Source: Ignavibacteriota bacterium (GTDB lineage Bacteria; Bacteroidota; Ignavibacteria; UBA10030; CAVZMI01). Taken from it: a stretch of 64,000 bases of DNA. Shown in pieces: positions 55,235 to 64,000 of this stretch. The stretch spans positions 29,355-93,354 of the forward strand of contig CAVZMI010000029.1 in the NCBI GenBank assembly GCA_963776275.1, read 5' to 3'. The first letter of the stretch is position 1. The number at the start of each line of letters is the position of its first letter. A model generated the notes under the pieces. That model saw only the letters and a program-made list of their open reading frames with translations, was not told the origin of the DNA and searched no databases. Both the position numbers and the translations under genes were made by a program.

Positions 55235-56395
55235 TTATTCAAATGGCAGTATCGGTTCGTCTTTCTTTTCCGGATCAGGTAGATTGATTAAGAACCAAAG
55301 ATATTTGACCTGGTTCTCCGGAGAAAGAGAAGATGGTCCAATCGATCCTTCCTTCGGAGAATAATTTTTTAATTTGATAAGCTCATCGATCTTAACTAAA
55401 CGCTCAGCCGGCGTCGACTGCATCCAGCTTTCTTTGAATTCCTTTTCTGTCACCTGGCTCTTCACAACTATCGCCTCTTGAATAGAGGCCACTGTTGCCT
55501 TCTCTATTGTTTCTGTAACCAGGTGGCCGACCAATTCATTTTCTTCTTCAACCGAATTATCAGTCGGAATTTGCTCGATGTTCGAAGAGGTAGGTAATTG
55601 TGGCCGGCCAAAAATGTCATTGATGTTTGTAGTCAGAGCCGACCTCATAAATTCACGCTTCAAATTCGGATCTGAAAGAATGAATTTTGGATTGACGGTC
55701 ACCCGTGGGACAACGAACAGTTTATCCAATTCCTGTGCTGTATAGGTTGGTTTGATCGCCAGGATCGCCCTGATCACGCGGTTGTAGGCGCCGGTCTCGG
55801 CCAATGCATGCTTGTGCTTCTCCACCTGCAGCATGCAGCTTTTGAATTCGCGTTCAATTTTAGTTGTGCATTCCCGGGTCCCGTATTTGTAGTAATTTTT
55901 CTCTCCCTGTTTGTGGGGATCCCAATCAAAAAGCTTACCCGCCATACCCTCCTCTTCGAGTCTGGCTCGGGTCTCCTTCTCTATCACAAGCAAGTCGACT
56001 TCCTTTGATGCGGTCATCGTGATCCACGAACCATCAGGTTTCCGTAGGGCACCTGTCGCACTGAATACTAAACTTTTCGGATTACGTCCATCATCCGTGC
56101 GTCGAGACCTCTCCGGATCGAAGATGATGCCGGCTGTGTGTGCCAATTTCTGTAAAGCTACTTTTGTTAATCCGAACTGATTCTTTGTAACCTTAAATAC
56201 CTCCTTGTTGTCCGGATTAGGGTCGATCTTCACCATTTCGATACTGACCTGCTGAAGGGGCGATATTTCAAATTGTTGCACAGATGGGTAAAGTACGTTG
56301 CATCCTTGCTTTTGCGCATCCGCCAGGGTGGCGATTGCCGTAGTCTTGTCATTTTGTTGTGATGTTGCTACCATTGTGGTCTCCGTTATGTTCAA
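55235..56395 (-). CDS. Putative recombination/annealing protein
   Basis: 'LTKVALQKL', 'LAETGAYNRVIR..L.IKPTY'; heads the sbcDC block; function inferred from context. Confidence 0.5.
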   Translation of the reverse strand: MNITETTMVATSQQNDKTTAIATLADAQKQGCNVLYPSVQQFEISPLQQVSIEMVKIDPNPDNKEVFKVTKNQFGLTKVALQKLAHTAGIIFDPERSRRTDDGRNPKSLVFSATGALRKPDGSWITMTASKEVDLLVIEKETRARLEEEGMAGKLFDWDPHKQGEKNYYKYGTRECTTKIEREFKSCMLQVEKHKHALAETGAYNRVIRAILAIKPTYTAQELDKLFVVPRVTVNPKFILSDPNLKREFMRSALTTNINDIFGRPQLPTSSNIEQIPTDNSVEEENELVGHLVTETIEKATVASIQEAIVVKSQVTEKEFKESWMQSTPAERLVKIDELIKLKNYSPKEGSIGPSSLSPENQVKYLWFLINLPDPEKKDEPILPFE

Positions 56396-56400
56396 TTCTA

Positions 56401-56691
56401 TTAATTAGGTTCTGATTGATTGAGTTCTGCTTGCCATTTCTTCAATGCTGCGAGATCGTTTTTGCGTTTCTGATCTTTTCTCCGTTTCCGCCGTGCCTTT
56501 TTATCCTCATGAAAAATAAAATGGTAGATGATAACTCCCATTTTCGATACAGATGATCTCGACTTCTTCCAACCGATAAATAATTTCTCTTTCACACTAT
56601 CAATGGCACAATCGATACGTACAATTGTATCGAGCATTCGTAATGCCCTCGGCCATTCAATTTCTGTTATGCGTTTTCCTTTTAGCGGCAT
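56401..56691 (-). CDS. Hypothetical basic protein
   Basis: 96 aa. Confidence 0.45.
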   Translation of the reverse strand: MPLKGKRITEIEWPRALRMLDTIVRIDCAIDSVKEKLFIGWKKSRSSVSKMGVIIYHFIFHEDKKARRKRRKDQKRKNDLAALKKWQAELNQSEPN

Positions 56692-57028
56692 CTGTATCCC
56701 TCACCGTATTTAAATAATTTTGTACCAGCTGTTGATCGTGATTGATTTCGTTATATTGCCAATCAAATATTACCCATAAGGGAATGAACGGACGTGTACC
56801 GATCTTTATGGTCTGCAATTTTTTATCTTTGAGATACCGCAGAAATGTATTTCGAGATAATCCAATAAGTTTCACGACTTTCGTAAGTGATAGAAGACTA
56901 AAGGGTGTATACTTCGAATTGCTCGATTCCAATATCTGTTCGAGCTTTGCATATTTATTTGAGTCTAAGCCGGGCTTAGGCTCGTATGCTGGATCGAGAA
57001 TCGCTGTACCTTTTTCCTGATCACTCAT
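56657..57028 (-). CDS. Excisionase-like HTH protein
   Basis: 'LLSLTKVVKLIGLSRNTF..L.TIKIGTR..IP' Xis-type pattern. Confidence 0.65.
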   Translation of the reverse strand: MSDQEKGTAILDPAYEPKPGLDSNKYAKLEQILESSNSKYTPFSLLSLTKVVKLIGLSRNTFLRYLKDKKLQTIKIGTRPFIPLWVIFDWQYNEINHDQQLVQNYLNTVRDTDAAKRKTHNRN

Positions 57029-57045
57029 TTATATTCTGTCACAAA

Positions 57046-57246
57046 TTATTGTTTCACAGCGGTTATAGGATTAGAGAGCTTGCCTTTGCGTTTGAGATCG
57101 CGCTTGAGAGCCTGATTTACCTCATGCTGAATATCACTACCCTTTGCGGCTGCGATATCTCCATAGATTGAATAGAGTTCTCGCATAATCCTGACCGGCA
57201 TTGGTTTGGTAGATGTGACAGATTCGTTTGACTTTTTAGATTTCAT
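57046..57246 (-). CDS. Cro-equivalent small RHH/Arc-like regulator
   Basis: First gene of the leftward operon; 'PMPVRIMRELY..VNQALK'. Confidence 0.55.
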   Translation of the reverse strand: MKSKKSNESVTSTKPMPVRIMRELYSIYGDIAAAKGSDIQHEVNQALKRDLKRKGKLSNPITAVKQ

Positions 57247-57288
57247 TGCTTATAGTGGATTTGTTAACGTGTGTTAGCTGATGTGAAC

Positions 57289-57317
57289 AATATACACTTA
57301 TATACTATTGTTGTCAA
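57289..57317 (-). promoter_or_regulatory. Leftward (lytic) promoter
   Basis: TTGACA-N17-TATATT in the divergent intergenic region. Confidence 0.75.
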
Positions 57318-57359
57318 GTTAATATTCACTCTTATACAATATTACAAATATCAGTAATC

Positions 57360-57791
57360 ATGCCAAAAATTGACCTTAATATTACTAAGCGATTCATTGA
57401 ATTTGGACAATCGAAATTTGGCAATGATTTTGGTTGGCAGGCAACTTATGCGAGAAAACTTGGTATATCACCACAACAAATGAGCAATATAATCGCGGGC
57501 AGATCAATTGTTGGTGAGCCGATACAATTAAGATTAATAAGAATAATGGGTTGTGATATCGAATGGCTTATGACTGGTAAAAAGGCGAACAATCCACATA
57601 ACCTATCCGTAAGGGAATCGGCATCATCCTATGGAATAGATGAAAAAGATAAACGGATCAAGGAGCTGGAGTTGCTTTTGAAGGAAAAAGATGAGACTAT
57701 TGAAAAACTCTTGCGCGAGAGCGTTCCTGATATTGTTAAATTGTTACTGGAAAAGATAAAAATAACTGGGGGAGTTCGACCAAAAAACTGA
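57360..57791 (+). CDS. CI-like XRE repressor
   Basis: 'YARKLGISPQQMSNIIAGR..CDIEWLMTG'; coiled-coil C-terminus, no peptidase domain. Confidence 0.85.
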   Translation: MPKIDLNITKRFIEFGQSKFGNDFGWQATYARKLGISPQQMSNIIAGRSIVGEPIQLRLIRIMGCDIEWLMTGKKANNPHNLSVRESASSYGIDEKDKRIKELELLLKEKDETIEKLLRESVPDIVKLLLEKIKITGGVRPKN

Positions 57792-57872
57792 CAGATATCA
57801 ACCCCCATCCGCATGTTCATTCAGGTTTGTCCGTTTTCGCGGAATTTGATCCATTTTCCAAAGGACATCCAA

Positions 57873-58562
57873 ATGAAAACCTTCATCCTCATTTTACTTT
57901 TAATATTCCCCATTCTCAGTTTTGCCCAGGGAAAGGATTCTCCTATTATTATCTCTGGAACAGAAATCAATAATATTACTCATATTCTTAGAGGTGATTT
58001 GTTCGAAGTATTTAAACTCGAAGATATATATGACACAGAATTGAAAAGAAAAATATTTTTGAAAACATCGGAAGCAAAAAAGCTTAGAGATTCAATCACT
58101 ATTCTTCGGAAAAATATCATTGTTCAAGCCTATACAATTAAGATCAATCAAAATGCTGGTGAATATGATTTAAATAAAAAAGGTTTTTTATTTGAACTGA
58201 ATAGAATTACTCTTGATTCTTATGAGCCTTTGGAAAATGAAATTGCGTTTAGATCATTTAAGGCAGAAGAGAGTATCATAGAAAATATTTCTTTCCCTTC
58301 TCTACCTTTAAAAGCCAAAAAAACATTCTATGGTGCTCAAACATCAAAGTTATTGTTTATCTCTTGCAATGAAAATATTGCTAAAAGTATAGAAAAAAGG
58401 GATATTATTCTTCATCTTATTTTTAATTTTACTGGAGATATGAGGAAAGTCGTCGAAAATGATGCACTCGGAACTTGGGTAAAATATTATCCTTTAACAA
58501 AAAATATATTATTGGAATTGGAATATAATGATGAAATTCTCATAGAAAAAAAATATCGATAA
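57873..58562 (+). CDS. Secreted protein (lysogen-expressed accessory gene)
   Basis: Signal peptide 'MKTFILILLLIFPILSFAQ'; AT-rich. Confidence 0.65.
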   Translation: MKTFILILLLIFPILSFAQGKDSPIIISGTEINNITHILRGDLFEVFKLEDIYDTELKRKIFLKTSEAKKLRDSITILRKNIIVQAYTIKINQNAGEYDLNKKGFLFELNRITLDSYEPLENEIAFRSFKAEESIIENISFPSLPLKAKKTFYGAQTSKLLFISCNENIAKSIEKRDIILHLIFNFTGDMRKVVENDALGTWVKYYPLTKNILLELEYNDEILIEKKYR

Positions 58563-58564
58563 TC

Positions 58565-58813
58565 ATGCCCTTCGTCAAATGTGAAAAGTGTGGACGATAC
58601 TACAGTATAGCTGAATCGAAATGTCCTCAATGCGGGAATGAGACTCCATCCAATGTCGTACCTTTCACTCCTCCAGATCCTACATTTGAATCTGAGATCA
58701 TCAAGGATAAGCATATCGGGTTCGGTCTATCATTCCAAATCCGGAAGGAAGAACGGCATCCGCGTCATCCGATCGATCAACAACCAAAAGACGACAAAAA
58801 AGAATCTGAATAA
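58565..58813 (+). CDS. Small zinc-ribbon protein
   Basis: 'CEKCG...CPQCG'; coupled to the integrase. Confidence 0.6.
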   Translation: MPFVKCEKCGRYYSIAESKCPQCGNETPSNVVPFTPPDPTFESEIIKDKHIGFGLSFQIRKEERHPRHPIDQQPKDDKKESE

Positions 58814-59892
58814 TGGCATCAATCTGGGTTCGTGGCAATAAGAATAGAGTTTACATAAAGTATAAAAATGCCGATGGCATCGAGCATCAAAAGCCAACTC
58901 CTTTTTGCCTCGAAAAAATCACAAAAAGAGATGGCAAAATCATCTATCCGCCCGAGGTCGTCCAATTCAAAAAGAAAATTGAAGCACAGATCCGACTTGG
59001 TCTCTGGGAATTGGTCCCTCAGCTCGTAAAAAAAATAAAGATATCTCAGGCGATCGATGAGTTTCTGCTAACATATGGCGCCAATTTAAAGCCTCGGACT
59101 CAAAAGCTCTATCGGCTTGCCGCGAAGAAATTGATATCGGTGATCGATGACTGTTATCTTTCATCAATCAATGAATCAAAAATGATAGAATTCCGTAATT
59201 CATTGCTGAAAGAGTACAATGAACAAACCGCGGCTATGTTCATGCGGAATGTATCACCGCTGATTACTTGGGGGGTGCGCGAAGGCTATATACAAAATTC
59301 ACCAGTTTCTAAACAGACCAGAATGAATCCGGCCATCCCACCCCCTATTATTTACTCTGACGAGGAACTCGATAAAATAATTGCCCACCTGAAAAAGAAT
59401 AATAAATCGCTCGCCAATCAGCTTATTTTCCTCCTGTTGACCGGTTTCCGGGCCGGTGAGTCCTGTTCCCTCACCTGGGACCGGATAGACCAAGAGAAGG
59501 GCATCATAAGGCACTACAACGAGAAAGAAAGCCGCTGGGATCACTATCCCATGGATCGAGCGCTTCTTAAGCTATTCTTCCACCTTCCACACGCTGATGA
59601 TCCTTACGTATTCAAATATAGAGATCCCTCCACATTGCATCATTACCTTCGAAAACACCTTGATTTACTGCAGATTTCTAAGAAAAAGATTGTTCATGCC
59701 CTTAAAAAAACCTATGTTTCCCGAATCATTGAATCCGGAGCATCTGAAGCCGAAGCGCATAGCCTGAGTCATCATAAATCATTTCAGACAACCCTGCGTT
59801 ATTATACTTTCTTTAAACTCGATAATAAACGGGCAGTTTTAGAACGAAGTAGGAGGAAAAGAAAGAAGATAGCCAAAGGGGCAAATCGATGA
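58813..59892 (+). CDS. int: Tyrosine integrase
   Basis: 'LLTGFRAGE', 'HALKKT', 'SHHKS..TTLRYY'; adjacent to the tRNA. Confidence 0.92.
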   Translation: MASIWVRGNKNRVYIKYKNADGIEHQKPTPFCLEKITKRDGKIIYPPEVVQFKKKIEAQIRLGLWELVPQLVKKIKISQAIDEFLLTYGANLKPRTQKLYRLAAKKLISVIDDCYLSSINESKMIEFRNSLLKEYNEQTAAMFMRNVSPLITWGVREGYIQNSPVSKQTRMNPAIPPPIIYSDEELDKIIAHLKKNNKSLANQLIFLLLTGFRAGESCSLTWDRIDQEKGIIRHYNEKESRWDHYPMDRALLKLFFHLPHADDPYVFKYRDPSTLHHYLRKHLDLLQISKKKIVHALKKTYVSRIIESGASEAEAHSLSHHKSFQTTLRYYTFFKLDNKRAVLERSRRKRKKIAKGANR

Positions 59893-59898
59893 TCTACT

Positions 59899-59917
59899 TG
59901 CTACAAATCTGCTACAA
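59899..59917. other. Putative integrase arm-type sites
   Basis: TGCTACAA twice, 11-bp period, between int and tRNA. Confidence 0.5.
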
Positions 59918-59950
59918 TTACATTTCGAGCGATAATCCCAGGATGGAGAA

Positions 59951-59980
59951 ATAAAAAACCCCTTATAAATTAAGGGGTTT
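59951..59980 (-). terminator. Terminator downstream of the tRNA
   Basis: AAACCCCTTA/TAAGGGGTTT stem plus T-run. Confidence 0.8.
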
Positions 59981-59983
59981 ATG

Positions 59984-60057
59984 TGGGCCCTGTAGGGCTC
60001 GAACCTACGACCCGCAGATTATGAGTCTGCTGCTCTAACCAACTGAGCTAAGGGCCC
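59984..60057 (-). tRNA. tRNA-Ile2 (anticodon CAT); integration site
   Basis: GGGCCCTTAGCTCAGTTGGTTAGAGCAGCAGACT-CAT-AATCTGCGGGTCGTAGGTTCGAGCCCTACAGGGCCCA; resembles Ile2 rather than Met; CCA not encoded. Confidence 0.93.
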
Positions 60058-60092
60058 AAGATACCTTATTTTTCTTTAAAAAAACCATATTT

Positions 60093-60121
60093 AAGATACT
60101 TAACCAGAGTCGAAAAGTCAA
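60093..60121 (-). promoter_or_regulatory. tRNA promoter
   Basis: TTGACT-N17-TATCTT. Confidence 0.65.
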
Positions 60122-60139
60122 GGAATAACGGAATACTTC

Positions 60140-60168
60140 TTGACTTCGAAGCAAAATCTCGGTACATT
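60140..60168 (+). promoter_or_regulatory. Promoter of the hypothetical-rpsU operon
   Basis: TTGACT-N17-TACATT. Confidence 0.65.
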
Positions 60169-60193
60169 TTTACTATATTCATGTCATTCATAA

Positions 60194-60616
60194 ATGAGAG
60201 GCAGTGGGATGGCTAGGACAAAATCGCTTATGCACCATTGCAGTTATTGTGATAAACAAACTAAGATGGAATTAGTAGGAATGGTTGAGGGCACAACCAA
60301 TAAAGTATGGTATCACTGCCCAAAATGCCGGCACGCGATGCTCCTCAACCTTGACGATCTCCAGAAAGAAGCCGAACAAAGAGCAATTCCGCTCGATCCA
60401 CAGTCGTGTATTACATACTCTCCAGCGCGTCTTTATACAATTGGTGACGCAATTTTTCATTCTGAATTGAATGATGTGGGAAAAGTGACACGAAAAGTGC
60501 GGACATCAGACGGCGGTCAGGCGATAATCGTGACTTTCGAAAAAATCGGGGAACGTCGGCTTATCGAGAATCTTCTTCCCGAAGAAGATTTCCAGCCGGG
60601 TGCATCGATTCAATAA
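60194..60616 (+). CDS. Host Zn-finger hypothetical protein
   Basis: 'CSYC...CPKC' plus a small beta domain. Confidence 0.7.
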   Translation: MRGSGMARTKSLMHHCSYCDKQTKMELVGMVEGTTNKVWYHCPKCRHAMLLNLDDLQKEAEQRAIPLDPQSCITYSPARLYTIGDAIFHSELNDVGKVTRKVRTSDGGQAIIVTFEKIGERRLIENLLPEEDFQPGASIQ

Positions 60617-60658
60617 GAAATCAGCAAGCATTAAATTCGTTACAAGGAGGTGATTTCG

Positions 60659-60853
60659 TTGGTCGGAATTGTGGTTCAGGAAAACGAACCGATTGATCGC
60701 GCTATAAAACGATTTAAAAAGAAATACGAACGGTCCGGCGTCCTGAAAGAGTTTAAAAAGCGGACGTACTTCACAAAGCCTTCAGTCAAGAAACGCATGA
60801 AGAAAGTGAAAGCCATCCGCCGTGCCCAACGCACAATGGCTGAACAGCAATAA
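60659..60853 (+). CDS. rpsU: 30S ribosomal protein S21
   Basis: 'ENEPIDRAIKRFKKK..GVLKEFKKRTYFTKPS'; TTG start after AAGGAGG. Confidence 0.97.
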   Translation: MVGIVVQENEPIDRAIKRFKKKYERSGVLKEFKKRTYFTKPSVKKRMKKVKAIRRAQRTMAEQQ

Positions 60854-60888
60854 ATCTGCAATTGCATCATCTTCGGTAAATATTTAAG

Positions 60889-60927
60889 AAAGGTAGCCTC
60901 AGATTATAGGGCTACCTTTTGCTTTTT
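60889..60927 (+). terminator. Terminator after rpsU
   Basis: AAAGGTAGCC/GGCTACCTTT plus T-run. Confidence 0.8.
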
Positions 60928-61013
60928 CATAGGATATTTAATTCATTCTCACTGAAGAAGTCAAGAATTATTTCCCTTCGGATTTATTCATACAATTTAT
61001 TTTTGCCCGATTA

Positions 61014-62492
61014 TCAATCAAGCGGTTCATTCCCCAGACCTCTCTTCTTCATCAAGCGCTCAATTTCCTGAACGTTCCGCGGAACTCCTGCACTGAGATT
61101 CTCGGCTCCATCTTTCGTCACAAGAATCGTGTCCTCAATTCTCACACCGATGTTGCAGTACTTGGGATCAATTCCTTGCATGCCCTGCTTAATGTAAATC
61201 CCCGGCTCGACAGTGATTACCATTCCCGGCTTCGAAGCGGCCTGATTTCGGCTCTGCATCGTGAACAGCAGAGTCCGACCGGATGACCCATTTCATGGTA
61301 CGTAAATTTATGATATGCCCCTGCCGTAATAAGTGAATCAACATTCCCCTGAAGGATTCCGAGCCGGACCAATCCGCGGGTGATAATCTCAACCGCTTTC
61401 GTCTCAAAGTCTTTAATCGGTGTTCCCGGCTTGATTGACCGGATCGCTTCTTCTTCTGCCTGAAGGACTATTTCATAAATTTCCTTCTGCGGGTCTGAGA
61501 AGCGCCCGTTCACCGGAAGAGTCCTGCGTTACATCTGCTGCATACCCATGGTACTCGGCTCCAGCATCGATCACAACCACTTCTCCGTCATTCATCAAAC
61601 GACGGTTCTGCATCGAATGAAAAACAAGTGCATTTTCTCCAGATCCCACAATACTTGGATAGGCAAAATACTCAGCACCCATCCGGGCAAAAACATATTC
61701 AAGAAGTGCCTGAATTTCAAATTCGTACATTCCCGGTTCGGCACTCATAATTACCTGCGTCTGAGCAATAACGGTGATCTCGACTGCTTTCCGGATCAAT
61801 GCAATTTCTTCAGGAGATTTTATTGCCCGCATCGCAATGATTGCGGAAGTCGGATCTTTCACAACGACTGTCTGATTAATCAGCGGGAGAAGGTTTCGTA
61901 ATGGGCGGATGTACTCGGCGATATCGCCTGTGAAATCGTTCGGGAACGTCGGAACATACAGAACTTCTGCTTTGGCAACAAGGGAGTGGAGCATTCGGCC
62001 GAAATCTGAAATTGGAAAAACATTATCCATACCGTAGCGCGTCTTCAGAATATCCTCTGTCAAACCCGGACCATCAAAAACGATATGCCATCCCGTAATC
62101 GATTCATAAAATAGAAGCTCTTTTATTATCGCTGGAGATACGGTGTCTTTTCTGGAAGGGATCGTATATCCGCCAGGGAGGAGAACCAGAATGCAATTCG
62201 GTTCATCAATACCGGTAAGGTAAAAGAAATTATCGTCTTGCCGATACCGGTATTCTGTGTCATTATTGCGAATTCGAACCGGACTGCTGTAGAAAATCAC
62301 GACTGATGCCGGCTCGATATTTCTTAGAAATTTTTCACGTCGGGCTTTGAAGACATTCGGCGGAAGAACGGCTTCATCCCCTTTTCCCCCGCCTTTTACT
62401 CCAGCGACAGCGGGGTAATCGCCTGAGAGGCATCCGATAAATAGAATCCATATCATATAATGCATCATACGAGACATACAGCACTCCTTCAC
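61014..62492 (-). pseudogene. pepP: Xaa-Pro aminopeptidase (M24B) broken by ~3 single-base frameshifts
   Basis: 'YRQDDNFFYLTG', 'RAIKSPEEI', 'DAGAEYHGYAADVT', 'GHPVGL', 'TVEPGIY', 'GVRIED' are spread over several frames. Confidence 0.85.
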
Positions 62493-62657
62493 ATAGGCTT
62501 GGTAATCTCTTCATATCCATCGACACATTCACGGAAGACCTGCACGACTCGGTGACGATACTGTTTTAGGCAATAGCGCACAATGAAATTCGATGCTACG
62601 TGACAACCGCCGCAGCTTAGTCCCGCTACAACAGATGTAAAGCTGCAATGTGGATCG

Positions 62658-62867
62658 TTATAGGTTTTCGGTTGGTGTTCCTGGAGTATCGTCGGGTTTT
62701 GCTTTAATCTCCTGAACTTCTTTCCGGATCTCCTGTGCCTTTCTTTTCAATTCATTCATCTCTTTCCGCACACGCGTTCCGGCTGACTTGTTTCCTTTAT
62801 CATAGAATTTTACAAAATCCTTCTCAAAACTCTGTACCAGCGCAACAAGTTCTTGAAATCGATTCAT
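62658..62867 (-). CDS. Hc1-like histone H1 family protein
   Basis: 'KFYDKGNKSAGTRVRK..ELK..AQEIRKEV'. Confidence 0.85.
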   Translation of the reverse strand: MNRFQELVALVQSFEKDFVKFYDKGNKSAGTRVRKEMNELKRKAQEIRKEVQEIKAKPDDTPGTPTENL

Positions 62868-62983
62868 GGATTTCTCCTCTATGTGATGTTGGATGAACCA
62901 TCATAATATAGAAAAAATAGTTAATTTCGCAACAAAAAACTTCAAAAGCAGACTGTTGTACTGCACTTCAGTTTTTCGTCAAC

Positions 62984-63981
62984 TCATCCCGCTGTCGACA
63001 GACCCCAATAACGGGCCTCCTCAAGCCCGTGAAACCTCTTAAGCTCGGCGAATTTCCGCTCTATCTTCGGCCTCTCCCTCCGGGCTGCAATTATCTCTGG
63101 CTTCATCTGCTGTTTCCTTAAACGGGGACTCTTTCTGTTCTTTTTAATAATGATGGCTGAGGTTGTCCTTTTCCTCCTGAGCAGGCAGTGGTTCTTGTTG
63201 CTATCATAAGCTTTGTCGGCAGTGGTCATCCTCGATTGGGTATCCACCACCTTGGGGAATTCCTTACCATCATCGGTATTCCCCGGGGTGGTATCCAGTT
63301 TGGTGATGAGCTCACTATCAGAGTCCATGCTGGCGTGGGCTTTGTAGCCGAAGAAGGGTTTCTTCTCACTCTTATAGCCATGGCGGGCATCTTTATCTGG
63401 TGAGGCATCAGGGTTGTCCTTTATCTTGAAGGTGTCTACCTTGGCCTTCACATCGGTGCTATCCACGATAGAGAGCCGGTCTGAAACAAGACCCTTCTCT
63501 CTGGTAATCTCCACGATTTGATTGAAGATGTTGGTGAAGAGTTCCTCACCCAGGCGATCACGAAAGCGGGTGAGACTGGAAGAGTCGGGAGGTGACTCAT
63601 CTATAGCAAGTCCCACAAACCACTTTATAACCAGGTTGAAGTTGACCTCTTCCTCTATACGACGGTCGGACACATCGTAGAGAAACTGGAGGAAGATGAT
63701 CTTGAACATCATCTCTGGTTCGTAAGCAGGTCTACCGAAATCGGGGGTATATGCATCCCGGCAAAGCTCGTTGACGAAGGAGAAGTCGACCACTTTATCC
63801 AGTAGCTTGAGGAAGTGATCCTTGGGGATTAATCGATCGTAGATATGATTACCGTAGAAGGAAACCTGGCTTGATTTGGCTCTCAGCATCAGATATACTC
63901 CTCACTAGATTTGCTGAGTGAATGATAACTTAGAATGGGGGTTAGCTCAAGGGCAAATCTATTGACTTTTTCAGCATTCTC
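62984..63981 (-). mobile_element. IS1182/IS5-type insertion sequence, 3'-truncated (transposase 62984-63889)
   Basis: DUF772-type N-terminus ('GRPAYEP', 'SDRRIEE'), DDE motifs 'VDST', 'ADKAY', 'IERKF'; stops after 'ARYWGL'; candidate left IR GAGAATGCTGAAAAAGTC at 63981-63964; no right IR seen. Confidence 0.85.
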
Positions 63982-64000
63982 TTATAGGGAGTTGTCGCAG

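Larger units (their letters stand above)
1..59984 (-). mobile_element. Temperate prophage (right part; left end outside window) integrated at the tRNA-Ile2 3' end
   Basis: Continuous phage gene set (capsid, portal, terminase, replication, CI/Cro, tyrosine integrase) ends immediately at the 3' end of a tRNA; housekeeping genes lie beyond it. Confidence 0.95.

Noticed and set aside
23-57171. Numerous short plus-strand ORFs in the ORF track
   Set aside because: They overlap well-supported minus-strand genes and lack RBS or motifs.
1-59984. Stop-codon reassignment in the phage
   Set aside because: Long genes are intact in the standard code and all three stops end genes; the breaks are frameshifts.
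59984-60057. tRNA-Met assignment
   Set aside because: The anticodon is CAT, but the acceptor stem and overall sequence fit Ile2 and initiator features are absent.
1-64000. Diversity-generating retroelement or retron
   Set aside because: No reverse transcriptase and no template/variable repeat pair with adenine-specific differences seen.

Overview
About 60 kb (1 to ~59,984, continuing past the left edge) is the right-hand part of a large temperate prophage integrated at the 3' end of a tRNA-Ile2(CAT) gene. The last ~4 kb is host chromosome: rpsU, a frameshifted Xaa-Pro aminopeptidase, an Hc1-like histone H1 gene and a truncated IS1182/IS5-type transposase. This gene set suggests an FCB-group, possibly Ignavibacteria-like, host (inference). 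Read right to left on the minus strand, the phage carries: integrase/CI/Cro switch; recombination block (SbcD, 3'-5' exonuclease, SbcC, SSB); replication initiator with iterons; DUF5131; stand-alone TnpB; RecU; KhpA-like KH protein; TerS/TerL; a ~16.6 kb accessory block separating terminase from portal; and a Twort/SPO1-type head module. Most notable: (1) a ~600-bp integron-type cassette (30243-30842) at a G^TTAT site, whose ~275-bp attC-like site holds a complete 48-codon gene in its loop and whose removal restores a clean operon junction; (2) a P1-like Dar locus (ddrB-ParB protein, zeta-type kinase, DarB-like helicase, Ulx-like protein) inside the head module, with shared N-terminal peptides and repeated K-S motifs; (3) an apparently split, HNH-bearing intein in the MuF head protein; (4) a 13 x 22-aa repeat protein with combinatorially shuffled variable blocks; (5) a Tad1-like anti-defence protein. 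Several single-base frameshifts, including in a host gene, suggest sequencing indels, so frame-dependent claims need read-level checks. All family assignments are from motif recognition; no searches were run.
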